Shown piece by piece: positions 24,460 through 35,629 of a stretch of DNA of 64,000 bases. Origin of the DNA: Deferribacterales bacterium (lineage in GTDB: Bacteria > Chrysiogenota > Deferribacteres > Deferribacterales > Geovibrionaceae). The DNA lies in NCBI GenBank assembly GCA_050251875.1, contig JBFWMA010000009.1:28951-92950 (forward strand). The letters are read 5' to 3'. Numbering within the stretch: the stretch's first letter is position 1; the number at the start of each line of letters is the position of its first letter. The notes beneath the pieces were generated by a model, which had not been told where the DNA came from, did no database searches, and saw only the letters and a program-made list of their open reading frames with translations. The position numbers were made by a program, and so were the translations under genes.

Positions 24460-25677
24460 TCAAAAGAGCTCTACGTTGTCATCGGTGCCGGTCTGAACCT
24501 TTTCCGGGCGGAAGGATTTTTCAGACGCGGCAAGTTTCATGATGTCTCTTTCTGATTCCATTGTGTAAATCTTCTTCATGTGCTCTGCCAGCTCGTTCAC
24601 ATCTACGCTGAAGCTGACTTTTGATATATCCTTCAGTCCTGTGGCGACTTTCGACAGGTCGTCTCTCATTATCTCCAGAGGCTCCATGACGTGTTCCAGC
24701 CTCTGTCTGTTGATGTCCTGATACTGCATGGACACCACCATGGCGTTCACATCCTCAGCCAGCTTTATGGAGCTGTTCTGAAGACCGTTGATGATGCTGT
24801 TAGCGTTGTCCAGAGCGCTGTCCAGACTGTTCAGGGTGGAGTTCACGTCTGCGTGGGATCTTTCGGATATTTTGCTGATGCTGGATACGTCTGAAACTGA
24901 TTTCTGGTGTATGCCGTTTATCTGTACGGATATTTCGTCAACCGCTCTTCTGATTTCCAGAGCAAACTGGTTTGATTTCTCTGACAGCTTTCTGATTTCG
25001 TCTGCCACCACGGCGAAACCTCTGCCGTGCTCTCCGGCTCTCGCCGCTTCTATGGCGGCGTTCAGCGCCAGAAGATTGGTCTGATCCGCTATATATTCCA
25101 CGTTGGAGACCACTGTTTTGATCTCCTGAACGTCCTTCAGCACATTGTCCAGATTGTTGCTGGTTTCTGTGGCGTATCTGCCTGTGTTTTCCAGCTCGGT
25201 GATTACCTGCACCAGGGTGTGTCTGGCGGAATCCACGAACCCGCCGCCGGCGCCTTCCTGAACGGAGGTGAAGCTGTTAAGGGCTCTGCCCGCCTCGTCC
25301 GCCTGCTGCATGGCTTTGTCCACTATCAGTCCGAAGTTTTCGCTGATGGTGTTGGTCGCCAGTTCGCTGTCGTGGATCACTTTTCTGATCTGTTCGTTCA
25401 GAACGGATATCACGGATCCTCTTTCGTCTATAAGATTGCCCACCGGATTCAGGCTGGCGTTTATCTGCGTCAGAAATTTTTCGTCCACTGCCTTCTGTTC
25501 TGATTTTATCTTCTTCACGGCATCCTTCAGCACAGCCCACAGAGCGAAACCTGTCAGCAGAAAGACCGCTGAGCTGAGTATGTAGCGCAGATGTACTGAA
25601 TCAAGAAAAATGATGACGGCCTGAGCCGCTATGAGTATCACCAGAAGCATCAGTTTTTTTTTGTCGAAATATGTCAT
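24460..25677 (-). CDS. Methyl-accepting chemotaxis protein lacking a periplasmic ligand-binding domain
   Basis: Two closely spaced N-terminal TM helices. Signalling hairpin [41 protein letters not shown]. Confidence 0.85.
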   Translation of the reverse strand: MTYFDKKKLMLLVILIAAQAVIIFLDSVHLRYILSSAVFLLTGFALWAVLKDAVKKIKSEQKAVDEKFLTQINASLNPVGNLIDERGSVISVLNEQIRKVIHDSELATNTISENFGLIVDKAMQQADEAGRALNSFTSVQEGAGGGFVDSARHTLVQVITELENTGRYATETSNNLDNVLKDVQEIKTVVSNVEYIADQTNLLALNAAIEAARAGEHGRGFAVVADEIRKLSEKSNQFALEIRRAVDEISVQINGIHQKSVSDVSSISKISERSHADVNSTLNSLDSALDNANSIINGLQNSSIKLAEDVNAMVVSMQYQDINRQRLEHVMEPLEIMRDDLSKVATGLKDISKVSFSVDVNELAEHMKKIYTMESERDIMKLAASEKSFRPEKVQTGTDDNVELF

Positions 25678-26072
25678 TGAGCATCACCTGTATCCGGTTT
25701 TTCCAGAATACTGAGGACTTCGTCCACCAGCTGAGTCTGGTTGAAAGGCTTTTCCAGAACTTTTATATGCTTGATCCGTGAACAGAAAAATTTCAGATCG
25801 TAATCCATGAAACCGGTGACGACAATAACGGGAACCTCTATGTGCTCCTGTATCATGTATTCCAGAATGTCTATCCCGGAGACTCTCGGCATCATGATGT
25901 CCAGAATGATAAGGCTGTACTGCTGACCGGAAGCGGCGCTCAGCATTATATTCTGAAGACCGTCAAATCCGTCCTGTTCTGTAACCACATCAATGTTTTT
26001 ACGTTTCAGAGCTATCCTGACACTGTTGCGGAACTGCTCTTCATCGTCTATAAGCAGTACTTTGTTGTTCAT
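25674..26072 (-). CDS. Stand-alone receiver-domain protein (first gene of the che operon)
   Basis: VLLIDDEE...ILDIMMP..SG...KP. It overlaps the next gene by 4 nt. Confidence 0.8.
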   Translation of the reverse strand: MNNKVLLIDDEEQFRNSVRIALKRKNIDVVTEQDGFDGLQNIMLSAASGQQYSLIILDIMMPRVSGIDILEYMIQEHIEVPVIVVTGFMDYDLKFFCSRIKHIKVLEKPFNQTQLVDEVLSILEKPDTGDAQ

Positions 26073-26291
26073 GGGAGTTGTATACGCAAAGAATATGCCT
26101 GTTTTGGATTCCTTGTTTATCAGTAATTTACCTTATGCATGAAAACACGAAGTGTAAACCGTGGTTTACATAAAAGTTGGATAATTTTCTTAATATGCTG
26201 TTGAATAAAGACAAAAATATGATGTAAATCAAAGTTGACATGTCAATATTTATGGTGAACAATTAGCTAAAAGACTTTCACAGGGTGTTCG

Positions 26292-28139
26292 ATGTCTTCT
26301 AAAAAGATTCTTGTTGTAGAGGATGAGACTGTCATCGGTATCGATATCGCTTCCAAGCTGGAACGCAACGGATATGAGGTTGTGGGTCTTGCTGTGGACG
26401 ATACTGAGGTTTGGGAGCATATATCCGCCGGGCTGCCCGATCTTATCCTTATGGATATCAGTCTGAAGTCATCCATAGACGGTATCGATCTGGCGAAAGA
26501 TATACACGCCAAACATCCGGTTCCGGTGGTTTATCTGACGAGCTATTCCGACTCTGCCACCATCAAAAGATCAATGGAAACAAGTCCTTACGGATATATC
26601 ATAAAACCGTTCACATCCCAGACACTGCTCACCACCATCAGCCTGTCGTTCATTCGGATAGAGCTGGAAAAGAGCCTGACAGACAAGAACGAGCTGCTCC
26701 AGAGTATTCTGGACAGCACTCTGGACGGCATAGCTGTTCTGAGCGATGACATGATGATTAATATGAGCAACGCCTCGTTCTGCCAGATTCTGAACAACGG
26801 AAGATGCTACAGGGGACAGCACATCAGCGCGCTGATAAATGATTTCTCGGTGGATTCCATCGGTCACACCACTCATTCCGTCACCACGGAGAGCGGCGAC
26901 AAGATAATTCTGGCTTCCTCATGCCGTTTTAATCAGGGATATATCGTTACGGTGACGGACGTTACAGAGATGGAGATGTTCAGAACGGCTCTGGATCAGG
27001 CAGAGAAGCGGTTCACCACCATATTTAAGAAAAAGATTATGCCCGCTGTGCTCGTCACATGTCCGGAGGCGAGAATATATGACGTGAACGACAGCTTCAT
27101 ATCTCTGTATAAGCCGGACGGCAATGTGAAGGGCAAGCGTCTCTCCGATCTGTTCGGGCTGGAGGCGATGGATCAGCTCGTTAATTCCGTTAACGACAAC
27201 CAGTCTTTCAACATCAGCAGGGTCGCCCAGCAGAGAGGGGACGGCACGCAGTTTTTCGCCGATCTGAAAGGCAACAGGCTCACCATAGACAAGCAGGACT
27301 ATTTTCTCATAGATATCGATGATATATCCGAAAGACTGAAAATTGAGAATATTGAAAAAGAGCTCAATCTTCAGATGATCCACACCAATAAAATGACCGC
27401 TCTGGGCACTCTGGTGTCCGGTGTGGCGCATGAGCTGAACAATCCGAACAACTTCATAATGTTCAACTCGTCACTGCTTCTGGATTATTTCAGCGATATT
27501 TTCGCTCTGCTGGACAAACTGTCCAAAAGCGATCCGGATATCATGATCGGCAACATAGGCTATGAAGAGGCGAAGAATGATATTCTCCAGCTCCTGAACG
27601 GCTCTGTCAAAGGGTCTGAGCGGATCAGGGATATCGTGCTGGATCTGAAAGGGCTTGCCAGACAGGATTCGCCCATCAACAAAGAGAACGTTTCCATGGA
27701 AAAAGTGATTCAGTCCGCCGTGAGGATTCTGAATCATAAAATAAACAAATCCACCGATTTTTTCACCGCCGAGGTGGAGAGCGGTCTGCCTTTTGTGAAG
27801 GGAAATCTGCAAAAGCTGGAACAGGTCGTTCTGAATGTTCTGATAAACGCTCTGGAGGCGCTGACATCAAAAGCGCAGAGCGTATCCGTTACATGCAGAA
27901 CCGAAAACGGAAACGTGGTGACCGAGGTTAGAGACGCAGGCGTGGGTATTCCGCAGAACGTTCTGGAGAGGATAACCGAGCCTTTCTTCACCACCAAGCA
28001 GAATATGGGCGGAACAGGTCTGGGGCTTTCCATCGCTTATACGATTCTGAAAGACCATGACGGAACTCTGGAGATAACATCAGAACCCGGAAACGGAACC
28101 TGTGTCAGGATATCAATCCCCGCCGTGGTTAGCGCATGA
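26292..28139 (+). CDS. Hybrid REC-PAS-histidine kinase
   Basis: N-terminal receiver (ILVVEDE...LMDISL), two PAS-like segments, H-box LVSGVAHELNNP, HATPase (NVLINALEA, DAGVGI, GTGLGLS). Confidence 0.85.
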   Translation: MSSKKILVVEDETVIGIDIASKLERNGYEVVGLAVDDTEVWEHISAGLPDLILMDISLKSSIDGIDLAKDIHAKHPVPVVYLTSYSDSATIKRSMETSPYGYIIKPFTSQTLLTTISLSFIRIELEKSLTDKNELLQSILDSTLDGIAVLSDDMMINMSNASFCQILNNGRCYRGQHISALINDFSVDSIGHTTHSVTTESGDKIILASSCRFNQGYIVTVTDVTEMEMFRTALDQAEKRFTTIFKKKIMPAVLVTCPEARIYDVNDSFISLYKPDGNVKGKRLSDLFGLEAMDQLVNSVNDNQSFNISRVAQQRGDGTQFFADLKGNRLTIDKQDYFLIDIDDISERLKIENIEKELNLQMIHTNKMTALGTLVSGVAHELNNPNNFIMFNSSLLLDYFSDIFALLDKLSKSDPDIMIGNIGYEEAKNDILQLLNGSVKGSERIRDIVLDLKGLARQDSPINKENVSMEKVIQSAVRILNHKINKSTDFFTAEVESGLPFVKGNLQKLEQVVLNVLINALEALTSKAQSVSVTCRTENGNVVTEVRDAGVGIPQNVLERITEPFFTTKQNMGGTGLGLSIAYTILKDHDGTLEITSEPGNGTCVRISIPAVVSA

Positions 28140-29518
28140 AAGTAGTCATAGTGGACGATGAGAAAGAGATAGCGGACGCTTACGGCATCTTTCTTAAAAA
28201 AAACGGCATAACAGACTATTCGAAATATAACGACCCCAGAAAGTTTCTGGACGATCTGGACAGTCTGGATCCGGAGATTGTCTTTCTGGATCTGCACATG
28301 CCCCATTACACCGGAGAGGACCTGCTGGAGGTCATCCGGACATCCCACCCTCAGACGTCTGTGGTTATTCTGACCGGAAGCGTGGACATCGAGCCGGCTG
28401 TGAGATGTATGCAGAAAGGGGCGGTGGACTATCTGGTGAAGCCGATAGACAAAAACCGTTTCGAGGCGGCATACAACAGCGCCGTGAACGCCTACAAGAT
28501 GCAGACGGAGATACGGGCGCTGAGAACCGCCATGGCGTCTCCCAGACTGCTCGATTCTGAGGATTTTCACGGGATTATCACTGTCAACAGACAGATGCAG
28601 GAGCTCTTCAGCTATGTGGAGGCTGTGTCCAAAAGCAGCTTTCCAGTGCTGATAACAGGCGAGACGGGGGTCGGCAAAGAGCTTTTCGCCAGAGCCGTGC
28701 ATGAATCCAGCGGAAGGAAAGGGACGTTCGTTGCTGTGAACGTGTCCGGGCTGGATGACAATATGTTTTCCGACACTATCTTCGGGCATATCAAAGGCGC
28801 CTTCACCGGAGCGGACAGACCCAGAAAGGGGATGATAGCCGAGGCGGAGGGCGGAACCCTGTTTCTGGACGAGATAGGCGACATGAATGAAAACGCTCAG
28901 ATGAAACTTCTCCGGGTGCTTCAGGAAAAGATATATATGCCTCTGGGATCGGATAAATACACACAGGCGGATGTCAGGATTGTTGCCGCCACCAATGCCG
29001 ATCTGGAGGAAAAAGTGAAGGTCGGGGCGTTTCGTCAGGATCTGCTTTTCAGGCTGTCCACCCACTCTGTGGTGATTCCGCCTCTGAGAGAGAGGGCGGA
29101 CGATATCCCGATTCTGGCTGATATCTTCTATAAAAAAGCGCTGAAAGATATGGGGACGCAATATCAGGGCGAGCTGCCTTTGGCGGCAGTGGAGTCTTTG
29201 AAAAAATATGCGTTTCCGGGGAATATCCGTCAGCTTCAGGCTGTTATGGCGGACATGGCGGCGGTTTTCTCATCGAAAAAACCAAAAGACAACGAGGTTG
29301 TTAATTTTCTGAGGAAACACGGAATAGATGCTAAGCTGTGTTCAGCAGGGCAGGGCAGCGCTTTTTCATACATAGGTTGTTTTCCCACTCTGAAAGAGAT
29401 GGAACAGTATCTGGTGGACTATGCCGTCAATACGGCGGAGGGCAACGTCAGCACAGCGGCGAAGATGCTGGGGATAACCAGACAGGCTCTGCACAAAAGG
29501 CTGAAACCCGTCAAGTGA
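28136..29518 (+). CDS. NtrC-family sigma-54-dependent response regulator
   Basis: REC (VVIVDDE...FLDLHMP), AAA+ (GETGVGKE, GAFTGA, DEIGD, RVVAATN), C-terminal Fis-type HTH (GNVSTAAKMLGITRQALHKR). It overlaps the upstream kinase gene by 4 nt. Confidence 0.9.
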   Translation: MKVVIVDDEKEIADAYGIFLKKNGITDYSKYNDPRKFLDDLDSLDPEIVFLDLHMPHYTGEDLLEVIRTSHPQTSVVILTGSVDIEPAVRCMQKGAVDYLVKPIDKNRFEAAYNSAVNAYKMQTEIRALRTAMASPRLLDSEDFHGIITVNRQMQELFSYVEAVSKSSFPVLITGETGVGKELFARAVHESSGRKGTFVAVNVSGLDDNMFSDTIFGHIKGAFTGADRPRKGMIAEAEGGTLFLDEIGDMNENAQMKLLRVLQEKIYMPLGSDKYTQADVRIVAATNADLEEKVKVGAFRQDLLFRLSTHSVVIPPLRERADDIPILADIFYKKALKDMGTQYQGELPLAAVESLKKYAFPGNIRQLQAVMADMAAVFSSKKPKDNEVVNFLRKHGIDAKLCSAGQGSAFSYIGCFPTLKEMEQYLVDYAVNTAEGNVSTAAKMLGITRQALHKRLKPVK

Positions 29519-30520
29519 TTACCACGTCTGATAGACTCTCTTCTTAAAATCCAGATATTTCGGCATCTCCATTCCCATTGTCACGGCGTTTCCTTTGTAT
29601 GAGGCGTCCAGCATCACGCATTTCATCCCGTTGTAGTGATAAATCTTATAAAGATTCTCTTTTTTGCTGAAGATGTCGGCCCGCACAGACACGGGAGTGT
29701 TCGCTCTGAAGAGCAGAATTGTCCCTTCGTAAGGAAATTTGCAGTCGATGGTGAAAGACGCCTTGCGGAAAACGGAACACTCCGGATATGACTCATATGT
29801 CAGCCTGTTTTTGAATCTATCCAAATCGTTTGCGCTTCGCATGGCTATCATATCGAAAAGCCCGCCGGAGCTGGCTGTTATCCTTATGTTCGTGGTGTTT
29901 TTCAGGTTTACGGCGTAATATTTTTTATCCGTCAGATCAAAAAGCTGGGTGGGAGCGGGGTTGTATCTGTCCGACACGCCTGTTGAAGCGCCCAGTCCGC
30001 ACGCCATCACATACATATGTCCGGGGACGATCACCAGATAAGGCTTCAGAGAAACATGCGACAGCAGAGATGCCAGCAGGATGGACTGGTCTTCACAGTC
30101 GCCTCCTTTGGCGAGAGTTTCTTCCGGTGTCTGCACATTTTCCGGACCATCCGGCTCCGGGACGTATGGAATATTATTCTGAACATAGTAGAAGAGCTGT
30201 TCCATGCGGCATTCGGTGCGGTCTTCTCCCTTGCACTGGCTGGATTCCCGCAGAGCCAGCCGGAGCATATCCGGTGAATTGTTCTCCACCTTCGATACAT
30301 ATTTGTAGCCCTCTGCGCCGCCAGAAAAAAGATTTTCCGCCGGGTTGTCCATGCCCTGTGTTGTTTCCTGTTTTCGGGGGGTTGTCTGCGGCGGGACATG
30401 AGTATTCTGCGCCGGGTCAGTTCCCAGCATTTTTACGATATATTTGATATAAAGATCGGGATGCACCGCCACATAAAACACGATGAGACCGAATATCAGC
30501 ACGGGGATAATTTTTTTCAC
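29519..30520 (-). CDS. Membrane-anchored transglutaminase-like (Cys-protease fold) protein
   Basis: N-terminal TM helix. GGDCEDQSILLASLL...VPGHMYV resembles the transglutaminase-core Cys/His arrangement. Confidence 0.5.
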   Translation of the reverse strand: MKKIIPVLIFGLIVFYVAVHPDLYIKYIVKMLGTDPAQNTHVPPQTTPRKQETTQGMDNPAENLFSGGAEGYKYVSKVENNSPDMLRLALRESSQCKGEDRTECRMEQLFYYVQNNIPYVPEPDGPENVQTPEETLAKGGDCEDQSILLASLLSHVSLKPYLVIVPGHMYVMACGLGASTGVSDRYNPAPTQLFDLTDKKYYAVNLKNTTNIRITASSGGLFDMIAMRSANDLDRFKNRLTYESYPECSVFRKASFTIDCKFPYEGTILLFRANTPVSVRADIFSKKENLYKIYHYNGMKCVMLDASYKGNAVTMGMEMPKYLDFKKRVYQTW

Positions 30521-30551
30521 ATCAGTTCCTTAGTTTTCTTACTGTAACACA

Positions 30552-31544
30552 TCAGGCATCCGGGTTCACCAATATTCTTCCCGCTGTTTTTCCGGCGAGC
30601 ATCAGGTCTATCTTCTCGCTCAATTTCTCCAGAGACACTTCCTCTATGTATTCGCTCAGATTTTCGGGTTTCCATTCGCCTGCGAGTTTTTTCCATATTT
30701 CCGTTCTGAGCGGAACAGGGCACATGACGGAATCCACGCCGAGCAGAGACACGCCCCGCAGGATGAACGGAAAGACAGTAGTCGCCAGATGAAAGTCGGC
30801 GGCGTTTCCGCAGCAGGTGACGCATCCGCCGTATTGTACCGTTTTCAGCGCTGCCGCCAGAATATTTCCGCCCACAGTGTCCACCGCCCCCGCCCATCTG
30901 GGTTTCAGCATCGGTTTTGGTGAGCCGTCATCCAGCTCGCTTCTGAGGATTATACCTTTTGCGCCGAGTTTTTTCAGCATGGTTTCAGATTCCGGTTTGC
31001 CTGTGGCGGCTATGACGCTGTAGCCCAGCTTTGAGAGTATTGCCACCGCAACGCTCCCCACGCCTCCGGTGGCTCCCGTCACGAGTATCTCGCCGTCTGA
31101 GGTCTTTATCCCAGCGTTTATGAGTTTATGCACGGACAGAGCGGCGGTGAACCCGGCAGTGCCCAGCATCATGCTCTCTTTCGCCGTCATGTTTTCGGGC
31201 ATTTTCACAGGCCATGCGGCGGGAACTCTGATGTATTGGGAAAATCCGCCTGATGTGTTCATGCCCAGATCGTATCCTGTCACTATAACGCTGTCGCCCG
31301 CTTTAAATTCTGCCGATGCGGTTTCGGTCACTGTGCCTGCGGCGTCTATGCCGGGCGTATGCGGATACTGACGTGTCACGCCTTTGTTTCCGGATGCGGA
31401 GAGCGCGTCTTTATAGTTTAGTGATGAGTACTTTACGTTTATGAGCAGATCGCCCATAGGAAGCGATTCTGTGTCTTTTGAGGTTATTTCACGGACGAAT
31501 TGACCGTCTGCCGTTTCGGTTACTGTCATCGCTTTATAGTTCAT
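30552..31544 (-). CDS. YhdH/AcuI-type NADPH-dependent quinone/acrylyl-CoA reductase (MDR superfamily)
   Basis: V.YSSLNYKDAL...G...R.YP..PGID..G.V plus GATGGVGS are diagnostic of the YhdH/YhfP subfamily. Confidence 0.8.
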   Translation of the reverse strand: MNYKAMTVTETADGQFVREITSKDTESLPMGDLLINVKYSSLNYKDALSASGNKGVTRQYPHTPGIDAAGTVTETASAEFKAGDSVIVTGYDLGMNTSGGFSQYIRVPAAWPVKMPENMTAKESMMLGTAGFTAALSVHKLINAGIKTSDGEILVTGATGGVGSVAVAILSKLGYSVIAATGKPESETMLKKLGAKGIILRSELDDGSPKPMLKPRWAGAVDTVGGNILAAALKTVQYGGCVTCCGNAADFHLATTVFPFILRGVSLLGVDSVMCPVPLRTEIWKKLAGEWKPENLSEYIEEVSLEKLSEKIDLMLAGKTAGRILVNPDA

Positions 31545-31701
31545 GCCGTCCTCCTGTGTTTATCTAATAATAACAGATTTTCCGACTGATATAAGTCATT
31601 GTTGTTTCATGCATGTAACTTATTGATAACTAAAAACTCCTACCCGGTCGGGTAGTAGATAAAAATTTAGTTATTAGATAAAATATATACGGAGGTGGGG
31701 T

Positions 31702-33645
31702 ATGCGCTCTGTATATATTTTTATTACTTGTCTTATGTTTATAATATCAGGATGCGGGGGCGGCGGTTCGACAGTATATTTGACCTCCGATGATTCATCA
31801 TCGAACACATACGGCTATGTGTCTGCAACGACAGACAGCTCAGGCAAAGCCACGATAACAAGTTCGAGCCTTGGCGTGACCTATGAGATTCTGGCGGTGG
31901 ACAGTTCCCTAAACCCTGTTTCCGGTGTGACAGTTGTTTACTCAGAAGTTGACGGCAAATCAGTAATATATATAAAAGATTCTTCCGGCATATACGAAGA
32001 TGTGGTTCTGATAGGCACACCTTCGGAACTTTCCACAGCAGCGCCCAGATTCCTCAGCAAAACCTACGCTAAATCCACAGGGTATAACCTCGGCGTTACT
32101 CTGCAAAAGAGAACAGCGTCAGCTGTAGGATTCACTTCAAACGCCTATGACCTGCATAAAGTCTATATGTCTACAGGCACAGGCACAGACTGGAGAACAG
32201 ACTGCTACACAACATCTGAGCTTATAACAGAGCTTCAGGGAATGAGCACATCCAAAGAGGCGGTAATCAGCTTCAGAGGTGATGTTTCAGACTCTGACAT
32301 TCAATATATCAAGCTGTCTGGCTCATGGTTTTCAAACAGCGGATTCAGCACAGCTATGCAGACAAGGCTGAAGGCTGTCTATGGTCTGGACAGTAGTAGT
32401 CTGCCTTTAGCAAATTTTCAGATGACATGTTACGAACCGACAAGCGGAGCATTATATGACGGCGGTATAGGCACGATATGCGGGATAACCAAATCGTCTT
32501 CTGTCTGCCAGCCAAACAATGCCCCTGAGATAAGCGGCATACCGACAACATACCAGAAAGCAGGCACATACAGCTTTACTCCGTCTGCCACAGATGCCGA
32601 CAATGACACTCTGACATGGAGTATAGCAAACAAACCTGACTGGGCAACATTCAACGAATCCACAGGCGCACTGACCGGTACAGCCACTGCCGGGATATAC
32701 GAAGGAATAACAATAACCGTGTCAGACGGAACAAGTATAGCTTCTAAAACATTCGACCTGACGATAGTCACATGGATACTCACAAAGACTGGTCAGACAA
32801 GCTGTTGGGACGGCTCCGGGACGGCTCTGAGTGCAGCCGAATGTCTTATCAGCGGACAGGACGGATCATATCAAATGGGTGCAGACCCATCCCTCACAAG
32901 AGATAATACAACATACACAGTCACAGACAATCTGAACGGTCTTATGTGGCAGGATGATGCGTCGCCAACGAGTTCATGGAGCAATGCCCCTGCTGTTTGC
33001 ACTGCACTCAATACATCCTCTTATGGCGGATATGACAACGGCTGGCGACTGCCGACTATCGAAGAGCTTGAATCTATAGTTGATTTCGGACAATCTTTTC
33101 CGGCCATAAATACAATATTTCAAAATACTGGTTCAGGCGAATATTGGTCTTCTAATACCTATTTAGCCGACACCGACTATGCGTTGGTTGTCATATTTCG
33201 CAGCGGGGTTAGCTACTACTACAATAGTAACACCTATGTCAGGTGTGTTCGCGGTGATTCTTATCCGTCTGAAGCGTTTGTGAGAGACAGCACAAAACAG
33301 GTTGTTACAGACAAACGTACAGGGCTTATGTGGCAGGATGATGCGGTCAGTCCGACGTTGACATGGTCGGGAACCATCAACTATTGCATGGATAAATCAC
33401 TTGGCGGATACAGCGACTGGAGGCTTCCTAACCAGAGAGAGCTTTTGTCGATAGCAAATAGAAATCTTTTAAACCATGCGATAAATTTAGTATTTACTAA
33501 TACAGCTTCCGGTGCTTATTGGTCGTCTACTACCGATATAACTACCACCGATGCTGCGTGGTTTGTCGGCTTCTATGACGGTATTAGCAGCTCGGACTAT
33601 AAAAGCAGTTCCTATTACGTCCGCTGTGTCCGAGGCGGTCAGTAG
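31702..33645 (+). CDS. Surface lipoprotein, paralog 1: conserved N-module + Ig-like (He_PIG/cadherin-like) domain + 2x DUF1566 (Lcl C-terminal-like)
   Basis: Lipobox [44 protein letters not shown] Ig-like repeat. Two DWRLP..EL...YWSS...YVRCVRG modules. Confidence 0.75.
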   Translation: MRSVYIFITCLMFIISGCGGGGSTVYLTSDDSSSNTYGYVSATTDSSGKATITSSSLGVTYEILAVDSSLNPVSGVTVVYSEVDGKSVIYIKDSSGIYEDVVLIGTPSELSTAAPRFLSKTYAKSTGYNLGVTLQKRTASAVGFTSNAYDLHKVYMSTGTGTDWRTDCYTTSELITELQGMSTSKEAVISFRGDVSDSDIQYIKLSGSWFSNSGFSTAMQTRLKAVYGLDSSSLPLANFQMTCYEPTSGALYDGGIGTICGITKSSSVCQPNNAPEISGIPTTYQKAGTYSFTPSATDADNDTLTWSIANKPDWATFNESTGALTGTATAGIYEGITITVSDGTSIASKTFDLTIVTWILTKTGQTSCWDGSGTALSAAECLISGQDGSYQMGADPSLTRDNTTYTVTDNLNGLMWQDDASPTSSWSNAPAVCTALNTSSYGGYDNGWRLPTIEELESIVDFGQSFPAINTIFQNTGSGEYWSSNTYLADTDYALVVIFRSGVSYYYNSNTYVRCVRGDSYPSEAFVRDSTKQVVTDKRTGLMWQDDAVSPTLTWSGTINYCMDKSLGGYSDWRLPNQRELLSIANRNLLNHAINLVFTNTASGAYWSSTTDITTTDAAWFVGFYDGISSSDYKSSSYYVRCVRGGQ

Positions 33646-33673
33646 GTTTTTTAATAATTAAGCGGGGTGCGTC

Positions 33674-35602
33674 ATGCGTTATTTTTATATATTATTATTG
33701 TGTATGGCTTTTATGCTTGCCGGATGCGGCGGCGGAGGCGGTTCGACAGTATATATTTCATCAGATTCATCGTCTGATACATACGGTTATGCGTCTGCCA
33801 CAACAGACAGTTCGGGAAAAGCCACAATAACCAGTGCAAGCCTGGGTGTGTCTTACGAAGTTATTGCTGTGGACAGCTCGGGCAATCCTGTTTCAGGCGT
33901 CACTGTACTGTATTCAGAAGTTGACGGCAGATCGATATTCTTTGTAAAAGATTCATCAGGCGTTTACGAAGACGTGGTTCTGATAGGCACACCCACTGAG
34001 CTTTTAGTGGCGGCACCCAGATTCCTCAGCAAAACCTACGCTAAATCCACAGCTTATAACCTCGGCGTGACACTGCAAAAGAGAACGGCCTCAACAGTCG
34101 GATTTACATCAAACGCATATGATCTTCATACTCTATATATGTCAGCAGGCTCACGCACAGGAACAGACTGGACAACAGACTGTTACTCCACGTCAAGGCT
34201 CATCACAGAGCTTCAGACGATGGATACAACCAAAGAGGCAGTAATCAGCTTTAGAGGTACCGTTGCGGACTCTGACCTGCAATATCTGAAACTGGGCGGT
34301 TCATGGTTTTCAAACAGCGGATTCAGCACGGCTATGCAGACAAGGTTAATGTCTGTTTACGGTCTCACATCCGCCGCACTGCCTCTGGCTAATTTTCAGA
34401 TGACCTGCTATCAGCCTTCATCTGGCGCTCTGAGCGATAACGGTATCGGTACTGTATGTGATATTATCAAGTCGACAGGGTTGTGCGACAATGCTCCCGT
34501 TATAAGCGGCACTCCCACAACATATCAAAAGTTAGGTTCATACAGCTTTACCCCGTCTGCAACAGATGTTGACGGAGGTACTCTGACATGGAGCATAGCA
34601 AACAAACCGAGCTGGGCAACATTCGACACATCCACAGGTGCGCTGTCGGGTACAGCCCCAGTAGGATTCTATAATGGAATAACAATAACCGTGTCTGACG
34701 GTATGCATATTAACTCGATTACATTCGATCTTACAATAGTGACATGGATTCTGGCGCAGACAGGTCAGACAACCAGCAATACCGACTATGACGATGGATA
34801 TTATCTGAAAGGAGCAACAGCTGATTTTGTAAGAAGCGAACCAAACACCGGTGAGTTTATTGTTACTGACAATCTTAACGGTCTCGTATGGCAGGATAAT
34901 GCTGCTGCGGCATCAACAACAGCCGATTGGGCAGGAGCATTAACTGTATGCTCTAATTTGGCTTCAGCATCTTACGGCGGATACAGCGGCTGGCGTCTCC
35001 CATCTGTTGATGAGCTTGTGTCTATTGTTGACTTTGGACGTAATAACCCTTCGGTAAATTCGGCATTCATTAATACAGGATCCTTTGGTTACTGGACATC
35101 TAGTGAGTTTATAGAGAATACAGACTATGCCTCGAATATTAGCTTTGCAAATGTGATTATGGGTTTTGCCAACAAAACGAATGGCTTATATGTACGGTGT
35201 GTCCGTGGTGATTCATATCCTGCTGCAAATTTTGAGAGAGACGCTACCTATGGAATCGTTACCGACAAGCGAACAGGGTTGATGTGGCAGGATGACACTG
35301 CCGTCACCACAACCACAATGACATGGGCGGCTGCAATCTCAGCTTGCGAGGATAGTACACTTGGCGGCTATACCGACTGGAGACTTCCAAACATACGGGA
35401 GCTTAGTTCTATAACCGATAGAAGTGTATCTCATCCGGCAATAAGTTCTGTATTTTCTAATATGGTTGATAGTATTTTTTGGTCGTCCACAGCTGTTTAT
35501 AATACTGCATCTGTATGGAGTACCATATTTAGCTATGGGTATATTGGTTACTACAATATCACCGATTCCCGTTACGTCCGTTGTGTCCGAGGCGGACAAT
35601 AG
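33674..35602 (+). CDS. Surface lipoprotein, paralog 2 (same architecture)
   Basis: Lipobox LAGCGGGGG. Long identical blocks shared with paralogs 1 and 3 ([41 protein letters not shown]). DUF1566 motifs [10 protein letters not shown] and [10 protein letters not shown], ending YVRCVRGGQ. Confidence 0.75.
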   Translation: MRYFYILLLCMAFMLAGCGGGGGSTVYISSDSSSDTYGYASATTDSSGKATITSASLGVSYEVIAVDSSGNPVSGVTVLYSEVDGRSIFFVKDSSGVYEDVVLIGTPTELLVAAPRFLSKTYAKSTAYNLGVTLQKRTASTVGFTSNAYDLHTLYMSAGSRTGTDWTTDCYSTSRLITELQTMDTTKEAVISFRGTVADSDLQYLKLGGSWFSNSGFSTAMQTRLMSVYGLTSAALPLANFQMTCYQPSSGALSDNGIGTVCDIIKSTGLCDNAPVISGTPTTYQKLGSYSFTPSATDVDGGTLTWSIANKPSWATFDTSTGALSGTAPVGFYNGITITVSDGMHINSITFDLTIVTWILAQTGQTTSNTDYDDGYYLKGATADFVRSEPNTGEFIVTDNLNGLVWQDNAAAASTTADWAGALTVCSNLASASYGGYSGWRLPSVDELVSIVDFGRNNPSVNSAFINTGSFGYWTSSEFIENTDYASNISFANVIMGFANKTNGLYVRCVRGDSYPAANFERDATYGIVTDKRTGLMWQDDTAVTTTTMTWAAAISACEDSTLGGYTDWRLPNIRELSSITDRSVSHPAISSVFSNMVDSIFWSSTAVYNTASVWSTIFSYGYIGYYNITDSRYVRCVRGGQ

Positions 35603-35629
35603 GTTTTTAATAATTAAGCGGGGTGCGGT

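Noticed and set aside
28037-29161. 374-aa minus-strand ORF antisense to the sigma-54 response regulator
   Set aside because: It is a shadow ORF of a clearly identified plus-strand gene. The translation is His/Arg/Gly/Pro-rich with no motifs. The sense strand carries complete REC/AAA+/HTH signatures.
31641-31656. Palindrome CTACCC-GGTC-GGGTAG upstream of the AcuI-like gene, as a terminator or riboswitch element
   Set aside because: It has a U-tract only in the minus orientation, where no upstream gene exists to terminate. It is an isolated hairpin with no further conserved structure, so it was not reported as a feature.
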